From Sedimentisphaerales bacterium (GTDB taxonomy: Bacteria > Planctomycetota > Phycisphaerae > Sedimentisphaerales > SM23-30): a stretch of DNA of 64,000 nucleotides. A program made the translations under genes and the position numbers. The DNA lies in contig JAFGSR010000009.1 of NCBI GenBank assembly GCA_016934515.1, positions 2,375 to 66,374 on the forward strand, written 5' to 3'. The first letter of the stretch is position 1; each line of letters begins with the position of its first letter. Shown piece by piece: positions 1 through 8,940 of this stretch. The notes under the pieces were generated by a model. That model did no database searches, was not told the origin of the DNA, and saw only the letters and a list, made by a program, of their open reading frames with translations.

Positions 1-1
1 T

Positions 2-2518
2 CTGTTGGTGTGGACGACGACGCCCTGGACGCTGGCGGCGAATGTGGCGGCGGCGGTGAATCCGGAGTTGACGTATGTGAAGGCGCGGCAAGGCGAAAGT
101 GTTTATTATCTGGCGGAAAATTTGGTGGGGATTCTGAAGGAGAAAGGCGAGCACACGGTTGAAGGGAAGCTACCGGGTAAGGAGTTGATCGGGTGGAGGT
201 ATAACGGGCCGTTCGATGATCTGGAGATTGTGCAGAGTACGTTTGCTGAAGCGGGGTATGAGCACCGGGTGATCGAGTGGGCTGAGGTATCGGATTCGGA
301 TGGGACGGGGATCGTGCATATTGCTCCGGGCTGTGGTAAGGAGGACTTCGACCTGGGGAAGGAGTTGGGGCTGCCGATTTTGATGCCGATTGACGAGACG
401 GGGATTTACACGGGCGGGTATGGATTTTTGACGGGGCAGAAGGCATCGCAGGTGGCGGAAGGTGTGATTGAGGATTTGCGGCAGAAAGAGGTTTATTACA
501 AGAAGGAGCGATACGCGCACGATTATCCGCACTGCTGGCGGTGTCATGAGCCGCTGCTGTTTCGTTCGGTGGATGAGTGGTACATTGATATGTCGTGGCG
601 GAAGGAAATTATGCAGGTGGTGGAGCAGATTAAGTGGATTCCGTCGTGGGGGCGGGAGCAGGAGCTTAACTGGCTGGAGAATATGCATGACTGGATGATA
701 AGTAAGAAGCGGTTCTGGGGGTTGGCGTTGCCGATTTTTGAGTGCGAGTGCGGGTGGTTTGATGTGATCGGCGGGCGTGAAGAGCTTGAGAAGCGAACGG
801 TTGAGGGGTGGGAGAAATTTGAGGGTCAGTCGCCGCACCGGCCTTGGGTGGACGCGTTGCGGATTAAGTGTGAGAAATGCGGTGGTTTGGCGAAGCGGAT
901 TCCGGACGTGGGTAATCCGTGGCTGGATGCGGGTATTGTGCCTTATTCGACGGTGAAGTACAACACGGACCGGGAGTACTGGGAGAAATGGATTCCGGCG
1001 GATCTGGTGCTGGAGTGTTTTCCGGGGCAGTTTCGTAATTGGTTTTACGCGTTGCTGGCGATGAGTACGATGATGGAGAACAAGGCGCCGTTCAAGACGC
1101 TGCTGGGTCATGCGCTGGTGCGGGATGAGCATGGTAAGGAGATGCACAAGTCCACGGGTAACGCAATCTGGTTCGAGGAGGCGGCGGACAGGATGGGGGC
1201 GGACGTGATGCGGTGGATTTACTGCGGGCACAACCCGACGAACAATTTGAATTTTGGGTACACGGTGGGCGAGCAGGTGCAACGGCGGGTGTTCAGTACG
1301 TGGTGGAATGTGTACAGCTTTTTTGTGAATTACGCGCGGCTGGACGGGTTCGATCCGAAGCGGGAGGCGGTGGCTTATGAGGATTTGCAGGATATTGACC
1401 GGTGGATTTTGAGCAAGCTGCAGGTGCTAGCCAAGGTGGCGAATGAATCGCTGGGCAGTTACGACACGAATGCTTTTATTCAGCAGGCGGATGATTTTGT
1501 GGAGCGGCTGAGCAACTGGTATGTGCGGCGGAACCGCAGGCGTTACTGGCGGCCGAAGAGTGATTCGGATACGGACAAACTGGCGGCGTATCAGACGCTT
1601 TACCGGGTGCTGGTGGATTTGGCGAAGTTGCTGGCGCCGGTTTGTCCGTTTGTTACGGAGGAGATGTATCAGAATCTGGTGCGTTCGCACGACGGCGAGG
1701 CGGCGGAGAGTGTGCATCACTGTGATTATCCGCAATGTGAGGAGGAGTTGCTGAATGAGAAGCTGGCGTGGGAGATGGATCTGGTGGCGGATACGGTATC
1801 GCGGGTGTTGAGCATTCGAGAGACGCGGCAGATTCGGGTTAGGCAGCCATTGTCGCGGTTGATAATTGCTTCGGGAGACGAGGCGACGCGTGAGGCGTTG
1901 GGGCGGTTCGAGGCGCATCTGCTGGATGAGTTGAATATTAAGAAGCTGGAATTTGCGGGGAATCTGGATACTTATGTGAGTTACAGCTTGAAGCCAAACC
2001 ATAAAGCGATGGGGCCGAAGTTTGGCAAGGACATGAAGTTGATAGCGGGTGCTCTGGAAGAGGCGGATGCGAGTGAGGTTGCCAAGGCGGTTAGTGCTGG
2101 TCAGGAATTTTCCGTTGGGGCGGGTGATAAGACCTGGGAACTGGCGGCTGAGGATGTGGTGGTGGAGACGGATTTCGCCGAGACGCTGGCGGTTTCGGAA
2201 GCGGTGGAGCCGGCGCTGGTGCTGGATATCGAGCTGACGGAAGAACTGCAGCGAGAAGGTTTTGCGCGGGATGTTGTTCGGCACATTCAGCAGATTCGTA
2301 AAGATATAGGTTTGGAGATTCAGAACCATATTGCGGTGCGTTTCAAGGCGGAAGCTGACGGTTTGCGGGCGGCGCTGGAGGAGTATCACGATTACATCAA
2401 GAGCGAGACGCTTTGTGATGATCTGGGGCCGGCTGCGGACGGGGAGCTGGAAGCGGCAAAGGAAATCAAGATAGCAGGAGAGCTGATGCAGTTGGTGGTC
2501 CGGAAGACGGATTTTTAA
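2..2518 (+). CDS. ileS: Isoleucyl-tRNA synthetase, 5'-truncated at window edge
   Basis: 837-aa ORF entering from the window edge. It has a class I aaRS core with a KMSKS-type loop (KMHKSTGN), a TTPWTL motif, Cys pairs (CWRCHEPL, CEKCGG) and a long anticodon-binding/C-terminal domain. Confidence 0.93.
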   Translation: MLVWTTTPWTLAANVAAAVNPELTYVKARQGESVYYLAENLVGILKEKGEHTVEGKLPGKELIGWRYNGPFDDLEIVQSTFAEAGYEHRVIEWAEVSDSDGTGIVHIAPGCGKEDFDLGKELGLPILMPIDETGIYTGGYGFLTGQKASQVAEGVIEDLRQKEVYYKKERYAHDYPHCWRCHEPLLFRSVDEWYIDMSWRKEIMQVVEQIKWIPSWGREQELNWLENMHDWMISKKRFWGLALPIFECECGWFDVIGGREELEKRTVEGWEKFEGQSPHRPWVDALRIKCEKCGGLAKRIPDVGNPWLDAGIVPYSTVKYNTDREYWEKWIPADLVLECFPGQFRNWFYALLAMSTMMENKAPFKTLLGHALVRDEHGKEMHKSTGNAIWFEEAADRMGADVMRWIYCGHNPTNNLNFGYTVGEQVQRRVFSTWWNVYSFFVNYARLDGFDPKREAVAYEDLQDIDRWILSKLQVLAKVANESLGSYDTNAFIQQADDFVERLSNWYVRRNRRRYWRPKSDSDTDKLAAYQTLYRVLVDLAKLLAPVCPFVTEEMYQNLVRSHDGEAAESVHHCDYPQCEEELLNEKLAWEMDLVADTVSRVLSIRETRQIRVRQPLSRLIIASGDEATREALGRFEAHLLDELNIKKLEFAGNLDTYVSYSLKPNHKAMGPKFGKDMKLIAGALEEADASEVAKAVSAGQEFSVGAGDKTWELAAEDVVVETDFAETLAVSEAVEPALVLDIELTEELQREGFARDVVRHIQQIRKDIGLEIQNHIAVRFKAEADGLRAALEEYHDYIKSETLCDDLGPAADGELEAAKEIKIAGELMQLVVRKTDF

Positions 2519-2598
2519 TGTTGAGTTTTGAATTTTGGATGGAAGGGAAGAAAGGGCGTCGTTAATTGACATTAATTAATCGTTTCAAGTAGCGTGAG

Positions 2599-2633
2599 AC
2601 ATGCTTAAGCTGCGCGTAATCATGCCACACAAC
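2599..2633. repeat. REP-like hairpin element, copy 1
   Basis: ACATGCTTAAGCtgcGCGTAATCATGCCACACAAC. Shares its ends with the copies at 4205 and 4401. Confidence 0.7.
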
Positions 2634-2654
2634 TTTATAGATGCGAGATTTCTT

Positions 2655-2945
2655 ATGAAGCTGGAAAAAATATTACAGGACAACCGTGATGCGATATTGC
2701 GGATTTCGGCCAAGCACGGGGCTGGGAACGTGCGGGTTTTTGGTTCGGTGGCGCGCGGACAGATGGGGCCGGACAGCGACATTGATTTTCTGGTGGATCC
2801 GGAAGAGGGGTGCAGCTTAATGGATTTGGGCGGGTTGTTGATGGATTTGCAGGAGCTGCTGCATCGCAAGGTGGATATTGCGACCGAAAAAGGGTTGCAT
2901 TGGTATATTCGCGACAAAGTTATTCAGGAGGCGCGGCCAATATGA
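2655..2945 (+). CDS. mntA: MntA-type nucleotidyltransferase (antitoxin of HepT/MntA pair)
   Basis: Minimal nucleotidyltransferase signature GSVARG...DSDIDFLV. I prefer the ATG at 2655 over the 2601 start, which lies inside a repeat element. The stop overlaps the next gene's start (ATGA at 2942-2945). Confidence 0.8.
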   Translation: MKLEKILQDNRDAILRISAKHGAGNVRVFGSVARGQMGPDSDIDFLVDPEEGCSLMDLGGLLMDLQELLHRKVDIATEKGLHWYIRDKVIQEARPI

Positions 2946-3271
2946 AGGATGATCGGCTGTATCTGATTCATGTAACCGAATGTATAGAACGGATTGAGTC
3001 TTATATGTCGGGTGTTGATCGAGAGGAATTTTTACAAACACCACTTGTCCAAGACGCGGTTATTCGGAATTTGCAGGTTTTGGCGGAATCCACACAGCGG
3101 TTATCCGAGTCGGCCAAGAAGGCCCGGCCAGAAATTGACTGGTATAAGATATCGGGCTTGCGCAATATTCTGGTGCATGACTATCTGGGGATTGATATCG
3201 ATACGGTTTGGAATATATTAGAGCGTGATTTGCCCCAGCTTAAGCCGGCGGTCAAAAACATGTTGGAATAA
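2942..3271 (+). CDS. hepT: HepT/DUF86 HEPN-domain toxin
   Basis: Rx4HxY HEPN motif (RNILVHDY) near the C-terminus. About 109 aa. ATGA overlap with the upstream nucleotidyltransferase. The longer ORF-track start at 2810 would overlap mntA by 130 nt and is rejected. Confidence 0.82.
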   Translation: MKDDRLYLIHVTECIERIESYMSGVDREEFLQTPLVQDAVIRNLQVLAESTQRLSESAKKARPEIDWYKISGLRNILVHDYLGIDIDTVWNILERDLPQLKPAVKNMLE

Positions 3272-3307
3272 GGACGAATAAAAAGTGTCTGAAGACAGAG
3301 AGATAAT

Positions 3308-3544
3308 TTGATGTGTATTAAGCCGGTAGATGAATTTCAGGCGGCGCATTTGCGTAAGGGTGAGCAGATGCAGCAGGAGATTTTTCGCAAGATGACGCCG
3401 GGGCGAAAGCTGGAAATTGCCTTTGCTCTCTACCGGGACGCTCGTGGATTAAAGGCGGCCTGGCTGAGACAATGTAATCCGGATTGGACCGAGGAGCAGG
3501 TGGAAGCCAAGGTAAGTGAGTATTTTGGGTATTCGGACATTTGA
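3308..3544 (+). CDS. Small hypothetical protein (78 aa)
   Basis: ORF in an otherwise empty gap between hepT and purN, on the same strand, with TTG/ATG starts at 3308/3311. No family recognised. Confidence 0.4.
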   Translation: MMCIKPVDEFQAAHLRKGEQMQQEIFRKMTPGRKLEIAFALYRDARGLKAAWLRQCNPDWTEEQVEAKVSEYFGYSDI

Positions 3545-3559
3545 ATAGCTAACATTGTT

Positions 3560-4201
3560 ATGAAAAATACGAGTAAGAAAATTCGATTGGGTGTTTTGTT
3601 GTCGGGGGGTGGGCGGACGATGGTTAATATTGCCCAGTGCATTGAGCGGGGAGAGTTGAAGGCGGAAATTGGGGTGGTTATCAGTTCGCGTTCGACGGTG
3701 GCGGGGGTGGAGCGGGCGCGGGAGCTGGGGCTGGAGGCGAGTGTGGTTCGGGTGAAGGATTATCCGGATGTGGATGGATTCAGCGGTGAGATTGTCCGGC
3801 GGCTGGATGAGGCGGGAGTGGACCTGATTGTGCAATGCGGATGGCTGTGTTACTGGAAAATACCGGGGCGGTATGAGAACCGGGTGATGAACATTCATCC
3901 GGCGCTGTTGCCGGCGTTCGGTGGTAAGGGGATGTGGGGCCATCATGTTCATGAGGCGGTGCTGGCGGCGGGGTGCAAGATCAGCGGGTGCACGGTTCAT
4001 TTTGTGACGAATGAATATGATGCCGGGCCGATCATTGTGCAGCGGAGTTGTGCGGTTCTGGAAAACGATACGGCGGAGAGTCTGGCAGGTCGGGTTTTTG
4101 AGCAGGAGTGCCGGGCGTATCCGGAAGCGATTAAGTTGTTTGGAGAAGATCGGCTGGCGGTGAAGGGCGGCAAGGTAATTATCCGCAAAAGAGAAAAATA
4201 A
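3560..4201 (+). CDS. purN: Phosphoribosylglycinamide formyltransferase
   Basis: GART signatures: N-terminal LLSGGG, then NIHPALLPAFGG...HVHEAVL...GCTVHFV..EYDAGPII. Confidence 0.9.
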   Translation: MKNTSKKIRLGVLLSGGGRTMVNIAQCIERGELKAEIGVVISSRSTVAGVERARELGLEASVVRVKDYPDVDGFSGEIVRRLDEAGVDLIVQCGWLCYWKIPGRYENRVMNIHPALLPAFGGKGMWGHHVHEAVLAAGCKISGCTVHFVTNEYDAGPIIVQRSCAVLENDTAESLAGRVFEQECRAYPEAIKLFGEDRLAVKGGKVIIRKREK

Positions 4202-4204
4202 GAA

Positions 4205-4240
4205 ACATGCTTAAGCTTCGCGTAAGCACGCCACCCAAGC
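4205..4240. repeat. REP-like hairpin element, copy 2
   Basis: ACATGCTTAAGCttcGCGTAAGCACGCCACCCAAGC. Inverted arms TGCTTA / TAAGCA. Confidence 0.7.
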
Positions 4241-4247
4241 GACAGAT

Positions 4248-4335
4248 TAATGACGAATGACGACACGAAGCGCAGCGGAGAGCCCGGTACGGAAACCAGA
4301 ATGATGAATCAATGACGAATAACGAATGACGAAAC
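4248..4335. repeat. Degenerate (AATGAYGA)n word-repeat spacer
   Basis: ttAATGACGAATGACGAc ... gAATGATGAATCAATGACGAATAACGAATGACGAAac. Confidence 0.65.
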
Positions 4336-4400
4336 GGATTACAACAGAACGGCGGTAATTAACAGCGATTCTGGTTTCGGCGTTTGTGCAAAAAAGGCAA

Positions 4401-4441
4401 ACATGCTTAAACCGCTTTGCGGCGTAAGCATACCACCCAGC
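4401..4441. repeat. REP-like hairpin element, copy 3
   Basis: ACATGCTTAAACCGCtttGCGGCGTAAGCATACCACCCAGC. Nested stems TGCTTA/TAAGCA and CCGC/GCGG. Confidence 0.7.
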
Positions 4442-4462
4442 ATAGAGGCAATAAATATAAAG

Positions 4463-5599
4463 ATGTATCAGGCACCATTACCGGAAAAATTTCAGAAGAT
4501 GGAGCGGGAAGAGGCGCTAGCTTTGATAGCTGAGCTGAAGGGTCAGTTGGCGGAGCGGATGGTGATCCTGGGTCATCATTATCAGCACGATGATATTATT
4601 GGTTTTGCGGACTTTACGGGGGACAGTCTGAAGCTTAGTCAGATTGCGGCGGAGCAGCGGGATAAGAAATTCATTGTTTTTTGCGGGGTGCACTTCATGG
4701 CGGAATCGGCGGACATTCTTACCGGGGGAGGGCAGAAGGTGCTGCTGCCGGACATGACGGCGGGTTGTCCGATGGCGGATATGGCGGAGATCGATCAGGT
4801 TGAGCAGTGCTGGGAAGTGCTTGGGGAGAAACTGGGCGGGAAGGCGAAGATTGTTCCGGTGACTTATGTGAACAGTGCGGCCAATATCAAGGCTTTTTGC
4901 GGTGAGCATGGGGGGATGTGCTGTACGTCGAGTAATTGTGAGGCGATTTTTGAATCGATCTGGTCGGCGGATGCTGAGGCGATGATTTTGTTTCTGCCGG
5001 ATCAGCATCTGGGGCGCAACACCGCTTTTGCGATGGGGCACGCGGTTGAAACGATGCCGGTTTGGAATCCGTTCGAAGCGGAGGGGGGGATTGAGCCGGG
5101 ACAATATGAGAGGGCGCGGGTGATTCTGTGGGATGGTTATTGTTCGGTGCACCAGGAATTCAAGCTGGAGCAGATTGTCAAAGCCCGGGCGGAGGATCCG
5201 GCGGTGAAGGTGATTGTTCACCCGGAGTGCTGTTTTGAGGTTGCTCAGAATGCGGATTATGTGGGATCGACCGAGGCGATTATTAAAACGGTCAGTGCGG
5301 CGGAGCCGGGGAGCAGTTGGGTGGTGGGTACTGAGATTCATCTGGTGAAACGACTGGCGAATCGGCTGGCGGTGAAGAATATTAAGGTTCGTTCGTTGAG
5401 CGATTCGCCGTGCATGTGCGAGACGATGTACCGGATTGATCTGGGGCATCTGGCTTGGTTGCTGGAGAAGTTGAAGGGGCACTGCGATAATCCGGAGGAG
5501 AATCCGCTGCCCAATCAGGTTAAGGTGGACGATGAAACTGCGGAAGATGCACGACAGGCATTGGAACGGATGCTCAAGGTTACGGCGGCGAAAAATTGA
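4463..5599 (+). CDS. nadA: Quinolinate synthase
   Basis: ILGHHYQ..DFTGDSL.L, FCGVHFMAESADIL, PDMTAGCPMADM and other conserved Cys residues. I prefer the ATG at 4463 because the 4403 start lies inside a repeat element. Confidence 0.9.
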   Translation: MYQAPLPEKFQKMEREEALALIAELKGQLAERMVILGHHYQHDDIIGFADFTGDSLKLSQIAAEQRDKKFIVFCGVHFMAESADILTGGGQKVLLPDMTAGCPMADMAEIDQVEQCWEVLGEKLGGKAKIVPVTYVNSAANIKAFCGEHGGMCCTSSNCEAIFESIWSADAEAMILFLPDQHLGRNTAFAMGHAVETMPVWNPFEAEGGIEPGQYERARVILWDGYCSVHQEFKLEQIVKARAEDPAVKVIVHPECCFEVAQNADYVGSTEAIIKTVSAAEPGSSWVVGTEIHLVKRLANRLAVKNIKVRSLSDSPCMCETMYRIDLGHLAWLLEKLKGHCDNPEENPLPNQVKVDDETAEDARQALERMLKVTAAKN

Positions 5600-6702
5600 T
5601 GATTAGCATTTGGAAAAAAACATCAATTCGACTGCTGGTTCTGGTATTGTGCTGGGGGGTTTGGATTTGTCTGGCGGGTTGTCAGGGGGGGGCGATTGAT
5701 GAAGCTGTGAATCTTTCAGCGGGGGAAAAGTTAGCGGTGCGTTTGGGTAAGCTGCCGACGGTGCAGAAGGTGGAAAGCTGGCAGGTGCCGGATTATCTGT
5801 CTGATGAAGTGGTCGAAGGGTTGGAGATTACCACTAATCACTATCAGATTTTCACTACTCATCAGGATCCGTTAATTATGTCGCTGGTGCCGCCATTTCT
5901 GGAGTCGGCGTTTAAAAGTTATGCGAAGTTGCTGGGTTGTCCGGTGGCTACGGAGAAGAAACTGCTGGTTTATCTGTTTGATAATCGTGAGCAGTGGGAG
6001 GCATTTACGCGGCAGTGGGTTCCGGAGCAGTCGGAGATTTATTTAAAAATCACGGCGGGTGCTTATTATGTCAAGGGTGCGTGTGTGGTTTATCGGATCA
6101 GCCGAACGGCGGATTTTTCGGTGCTGGCACATGAAGGCTGGCATCAGTTTGTCGATGAATTGTTCCGGTTTCGTTTGCCGGCCTGGCTGGACGAATCTCT
6201 GGCGACCAATTTTGAAGCATTTGTTCGGGAGAACGGCAGGATTCGCTTCGAACCCAGGCGTAACGGTTCAAGATTGTTTGCTTTGAAAAAAGCGGTGGCT
6301 GGTGGGCAACTGCTTTCGTTGGGCGAATTGCTGGTTCTGGATGCCGGTCGGGTGGTATCGCATACGCCGGAATTGTCGGGAGAGGGATCGTCGCTTATTG
6401 CTACATATTACGCGCAGCTTTATGCATTGGGGCGTTTTTTGCAGGAGGAAAAATACGGTCGGCATGTGTTGAAGTTTCAGAAGATGCTCAATGGAGCCCA
6501 GATGGGTCGCTGGCCGCTGTCGGAGGCGGATGCTGCGGAAGCGGTTCAGAGATTGCGTAATCCGAGTCGCGACTGGAACGGTCGAGTCGGGCCGCTGGTG
6601 TTTGATTATTACATAAGTCCATCGAGACGTGAAATTGAAGCGGCGTACCGGTCTTACTGCTATCGAATTGCAGCACAGGCGCGGATAATGAAATCGCGAT
6701 GA
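5599..6702 (+). CDS. Lipoprotein with HExxH motif (putative MA-clan metallopeptidase-like, DUF1570-like)
   Basis: Signal peptide with a perfect lipobox (LAGC). HEGWH motif in 'LAHEGWHQF'. The start overlaps the nadA stop. The family name is from memory only. Confidence 0.6.
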   Translation: MISIWKKTSIRLLVLVLCWGVWICLAGCQGGAIDEAVNLSAGEKLAVRLGKLPTVQKVESWQVPDYLSDEVVEGLEITTNHYQIFTTHQDPLIMSLVPPFLESAFKSYAKLLGCPVATEKKLLVYLFDNREQWEAFTRQWVPEQSEIYLKITAGAYYVKGACVVYRISRTADFSVLAHEGWHQFVDELFRFRLPAWLDESLATNFEAFVRENGRIRFEPRRNGSRLFALKKAVAGGQLLSLGELLVLDAGRVVSHTPELSGEGSSLIATYYAQLYALGRFLQEEKYGRHVLKFQKMLNGAQMGRWPLSEADAAEAVQRLRNPSRDWNGRVGPLVFDYYISPSRREIEAAYRSYCYRIAAQARIMKSR

Positions 6703-6809
6703 ACACGAATTTATTTTTAGACCTCTCACGCAAAGACGCAAATAAAATTTGAAGCGAGGATTATAAGTTAACCCCAAAAAGCACAAAAGATATAAATTTT
6801 TAAGACTGG

Positions 6810-7000
6810 ATGCCCGATCAAGTCGGGCATGACAAGTCGGGCCGAGGGTAAGTTGGGAAGATATCGGACACCCCCAAGAGTACTTGGCGGTGCCACCCGA
6901 GGGATTTATTTCGCCCCTTCAGGGCTAAAATACATAAATAATGATTATGTCCCAGGGCGTTGCTCTGGGCTATTATATTTCGCCCTTTCAGGGCGGTTAT
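6810..7000. repeat. Cluster of small hairpin repeats
   Basis: ATGCCCGAtcaagTCGGGCAT (6810-6830). Two copies of ATTTCGCCC(C/T)TTCAGGGC (about 6907 and 6976). CCCAGggcgttgctCTGGG (6951-6969). Confidence 0.65.
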
Positions 7001-7037
7001 GAGTAAGTTTTCTATATTTGAGTTGCCCTTATGCAAA

Positions 7038-7775
7038 TCAGTGTTCGTGTTTGGGTAGTACGTCCGATTCTTTGACGAACAAAAGGGGGAAAACGATATC
7101 GCTGATGCAACAGGGTAACCAGACCGCTACGAACAAAAAGAGGGCAATGCCGGCGTACACCCACAGGGTAATATGTCCGGTCAGGGCCATCATGATGTGA
7201 AAAAGTGATGCCCAGATACTGAGGAGGACATGGCCGGCGTGGGGGAATTTTGTTCGGGGCCAGAAATAAGCGATAATGATTCCAATCAGGGCGGCGGGAT
7301 TGACGATGTACCATTCTTCGATGAAGCCCAGGTGCAAGCCCCAGTTTGATTCGTGAACATGGTCCACGTGCGGAGTGTCGGTGAGGAGCTGTTCATTTTG
7401 GGTGTGAGAATCATCAGGTTCTGTTGAGCCGTGGGCGTGGGGGCTGAAATCATGCAAGCCCAGGGTAACTTCGCCAACGTAAGGGATGACGGAGTCGCTT
7501 AAGGTGGCGATTCCGACAGATCCGACATAGCCAATGAGCAGAATCGCAAGAAAACCTGCTTTTTTGACGTGGCGAATGTACATAGCCGCTGAAACTACCG
7601 CACTTAAGAGTACATGAGCGGGGTGAAAGATGTAAAAGAGCCGATAACTGGCTGAGGAGCTCAATACCTTACTGAAGACCACCATGAAGACCACCCCCAG
7701 GAGAGCTCCGAAGAAGGCAAAAGGGGCATGAGCTTCTAATTCATGTAAAATATAATTTAATTTGCGGTTTCCCAA
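7038..7775 (-). CDS. Histidine-rich polytopic membrane protein, putative metal-ion transporter
   Basis: Multiple hydrophobic helices. Duplicated motif HPAHVLLS / HAGHVLLS. Central His/Asp-rich loop (HDFSPHAHGSTEPDDSH...HVDHVHE). Function is inferred. Confidence 0.6.
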   Translation of the reverse strand: MGNRKLNYILHELEAHAPFAFFGALLGVVFMVVFSKVLSSSASYRLFYIFHPAHVLLSAVVSAAMYIRHVKKAGFLAILLIGYVGSVGIATLSDSVIPYVGEVTLGLHDFSPHAHGSTEPDDSHTQNEQLLTDTPHVDHVHESNWGLHLGFIEEWYIVNPAALIGIIIAYFWPRTKFPHAGHVLLSIWASLFHIMMALTGHITLWVYAGIALFLFVAVWLPCCISDIVFPLLFVKESDVLPKHEH

Positions 7776-7840
7776 AGCAGGCGTCTCCTTTCAGTTTCGC
7801 TCAAAATTCTACGGGGATTATACCAGATTAGGGCCTCTGC

Positions 7841-7866
7841 GGGCAAGAGAATGAATACTCTTGCCC
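7841..7866. promoter_or_regulatory. 9-bp-stem inverted repeat in a divergent promoter region
   Basis: GGGCAAGAGaatgaataCTCTTGCCC. It lies 66 nt upstream of the His-rich membrane protein start and about 140 nt upstream of mtnP. Confidence 0.4.
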
Positions 7867-8006
7867 GTGGCCAAGTTTATTATTATAATTTTCCGAGGTA
7901 TTAGAGCAATTTATTTTTCGTGCTTTAGGTGAAAGCTGTGTGAAAAAAGGCCAACTAAGTTTTTTTACGTCTGAAACGACAAAAGGTTCATGCAAAGGAG
8001 CGGATT

Positions 8007-8897
8007 TTGAGCGATAAAATCAGGCGGATAGGAATAATCGGCGGTACGGGCCTGGGTCAGGCGTTGTCTCATCGGACCGAGGGGACGGTTCACGATCTGG
8101 ATACCCCTTTTGGGTTGCCGTCGGGGAATATCATTACGACGAAGCTGCATTCGATACCGATTGCGTTTCTGGCCCGTCACGGAGCGGGGCACATGCTGGA
8201 TCCCTCGACGGTTCCTTACCGGGCGAACATCCACGCGTTGAAGCAGTTGGGCGTTACGCACATTATTGCGTCTTGTGCATGTGGGTCGCTGGTGGAGGAA
8301 ATTGCTCCGCGAGATTTGATAATTCCCGACCAGGTAATCGATAAGACTTACAAACGGCAGAGCAGTTTTTTCAGCGGTGAGCTGGCGGTACATGTTGATT
8401 TTGCCTATCCGTTCTGTGACAAACTGCGTCGTTTGCTGCTCGATGCGGCAGAAGCGGTTAAGGCCAAGGTGCATGGCGGAGGGACTTATGTGTGCATGGA
8501 AGGTCCGCAGTTTTCTACACGTGCCGAGTCGCTGATGCACCGTAGTTGGGGGGCGCAGTTGATCGGGATGACGTGCATGCCGGAAGCCAAGTTGGCGCGT
8601 GAAGCGGAGATGTGTTACGCGTTGGTGGCGCTGGCGACGGATTATGACTGTTGGAAGCCTCATGCGGGTGACAATGATAAGCATGCTTTGATGAACGATA
8701 TCATTAACAATGTTAATGTGGCAACGGACAATGCTATTGAGTTGATTGGTGAGGCGGTCAAGAATGCCGGGGCGTTGTTGGAGGAAGATTGCGAGCATCA
8801 TCATGCTTTGGAGTTGGGGATTTTTTCGGACAAGAGCCGGATTGCGGATCCGGCGTGGCATCGTCTGGAACTGCTGTTGGGAAAATATCTGGATTAG
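8007..8897 (+). CDS. mtnP: S-methyl-5'-thioadenosine phosphorylase
   Basis: PNP/MTAP family: IGIIGGTG, FLARHG.GH, VPYRANI.ALK.LGV, CGSL, PDQ.ID.T. TTG start preceded by AAAGGAG. Confidence 0.88.
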   Translation: MSDKIRRIGIIGGTGLGQALSHRTEGTVHDLDTPFGLPSGNIITTKLHSIPIAFLARHGAGHMLDPSTVPYRANIHALKQLGVTHIIASCACGSLVEEIAPRDLIIPDQVIDKTYKRQSSFFSGELAVHVDFAYPFCDKLRRLLLDAAEAVKAKVHGGGTYVCMEGPQFSTRAESLMHRSWGAQLIGMTCMPEAKLAREAEMCYALVALATDYDCWKPHAGDNDKHALMNDIINNVNVATDNAIELIGEAVKNAGALLEEDCEHHHALELGIFSDKSRIADPAWHRLELLLGKYLD

Positions 8898-8940
8898 TTT
8901 GGTGGTTGCTGATTTATTGAACGTTTAGAATAACGATTTA

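Noticed and set aside
170-2572. Long minus-strand ORFs (170-1282, 1427-2572) opposite ileS
   Set aside because: Their translations are R/P/H/L/Q-rich low complexity. They fully overlap a confidently identified ileS. They are shadows caused by the extreme strand skew.
2810-2941. Upstream extension of the HepT ORF
   Set aside because: It would overlap mntA by 130 nt in another frame. The ATGA-coupled start at 2942 gives a normal-length DUF86 protein.
4517-5482. 321-aa minus-strand ORF opposite nadA
   Set aside because: Same antisense shadow pattern (R/H/P/L-rich). nadA on the plus strand has clear family motifs.
6818-7036. 72-aa minus-strand ORF in the hairpin-repeat cluster
   Set aside because: The translation (ALKGRN..IAQSNALG..ALKGRN) simply reads through the repeat units. 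I treat it as a repeat element, not a gene.
7965-8861. 298-aa minus-strand ORF opposite mtnP
   Set aside because: It is an antisense shadow with R/Q/H-rich composition. mtnP is clearly the real gene.
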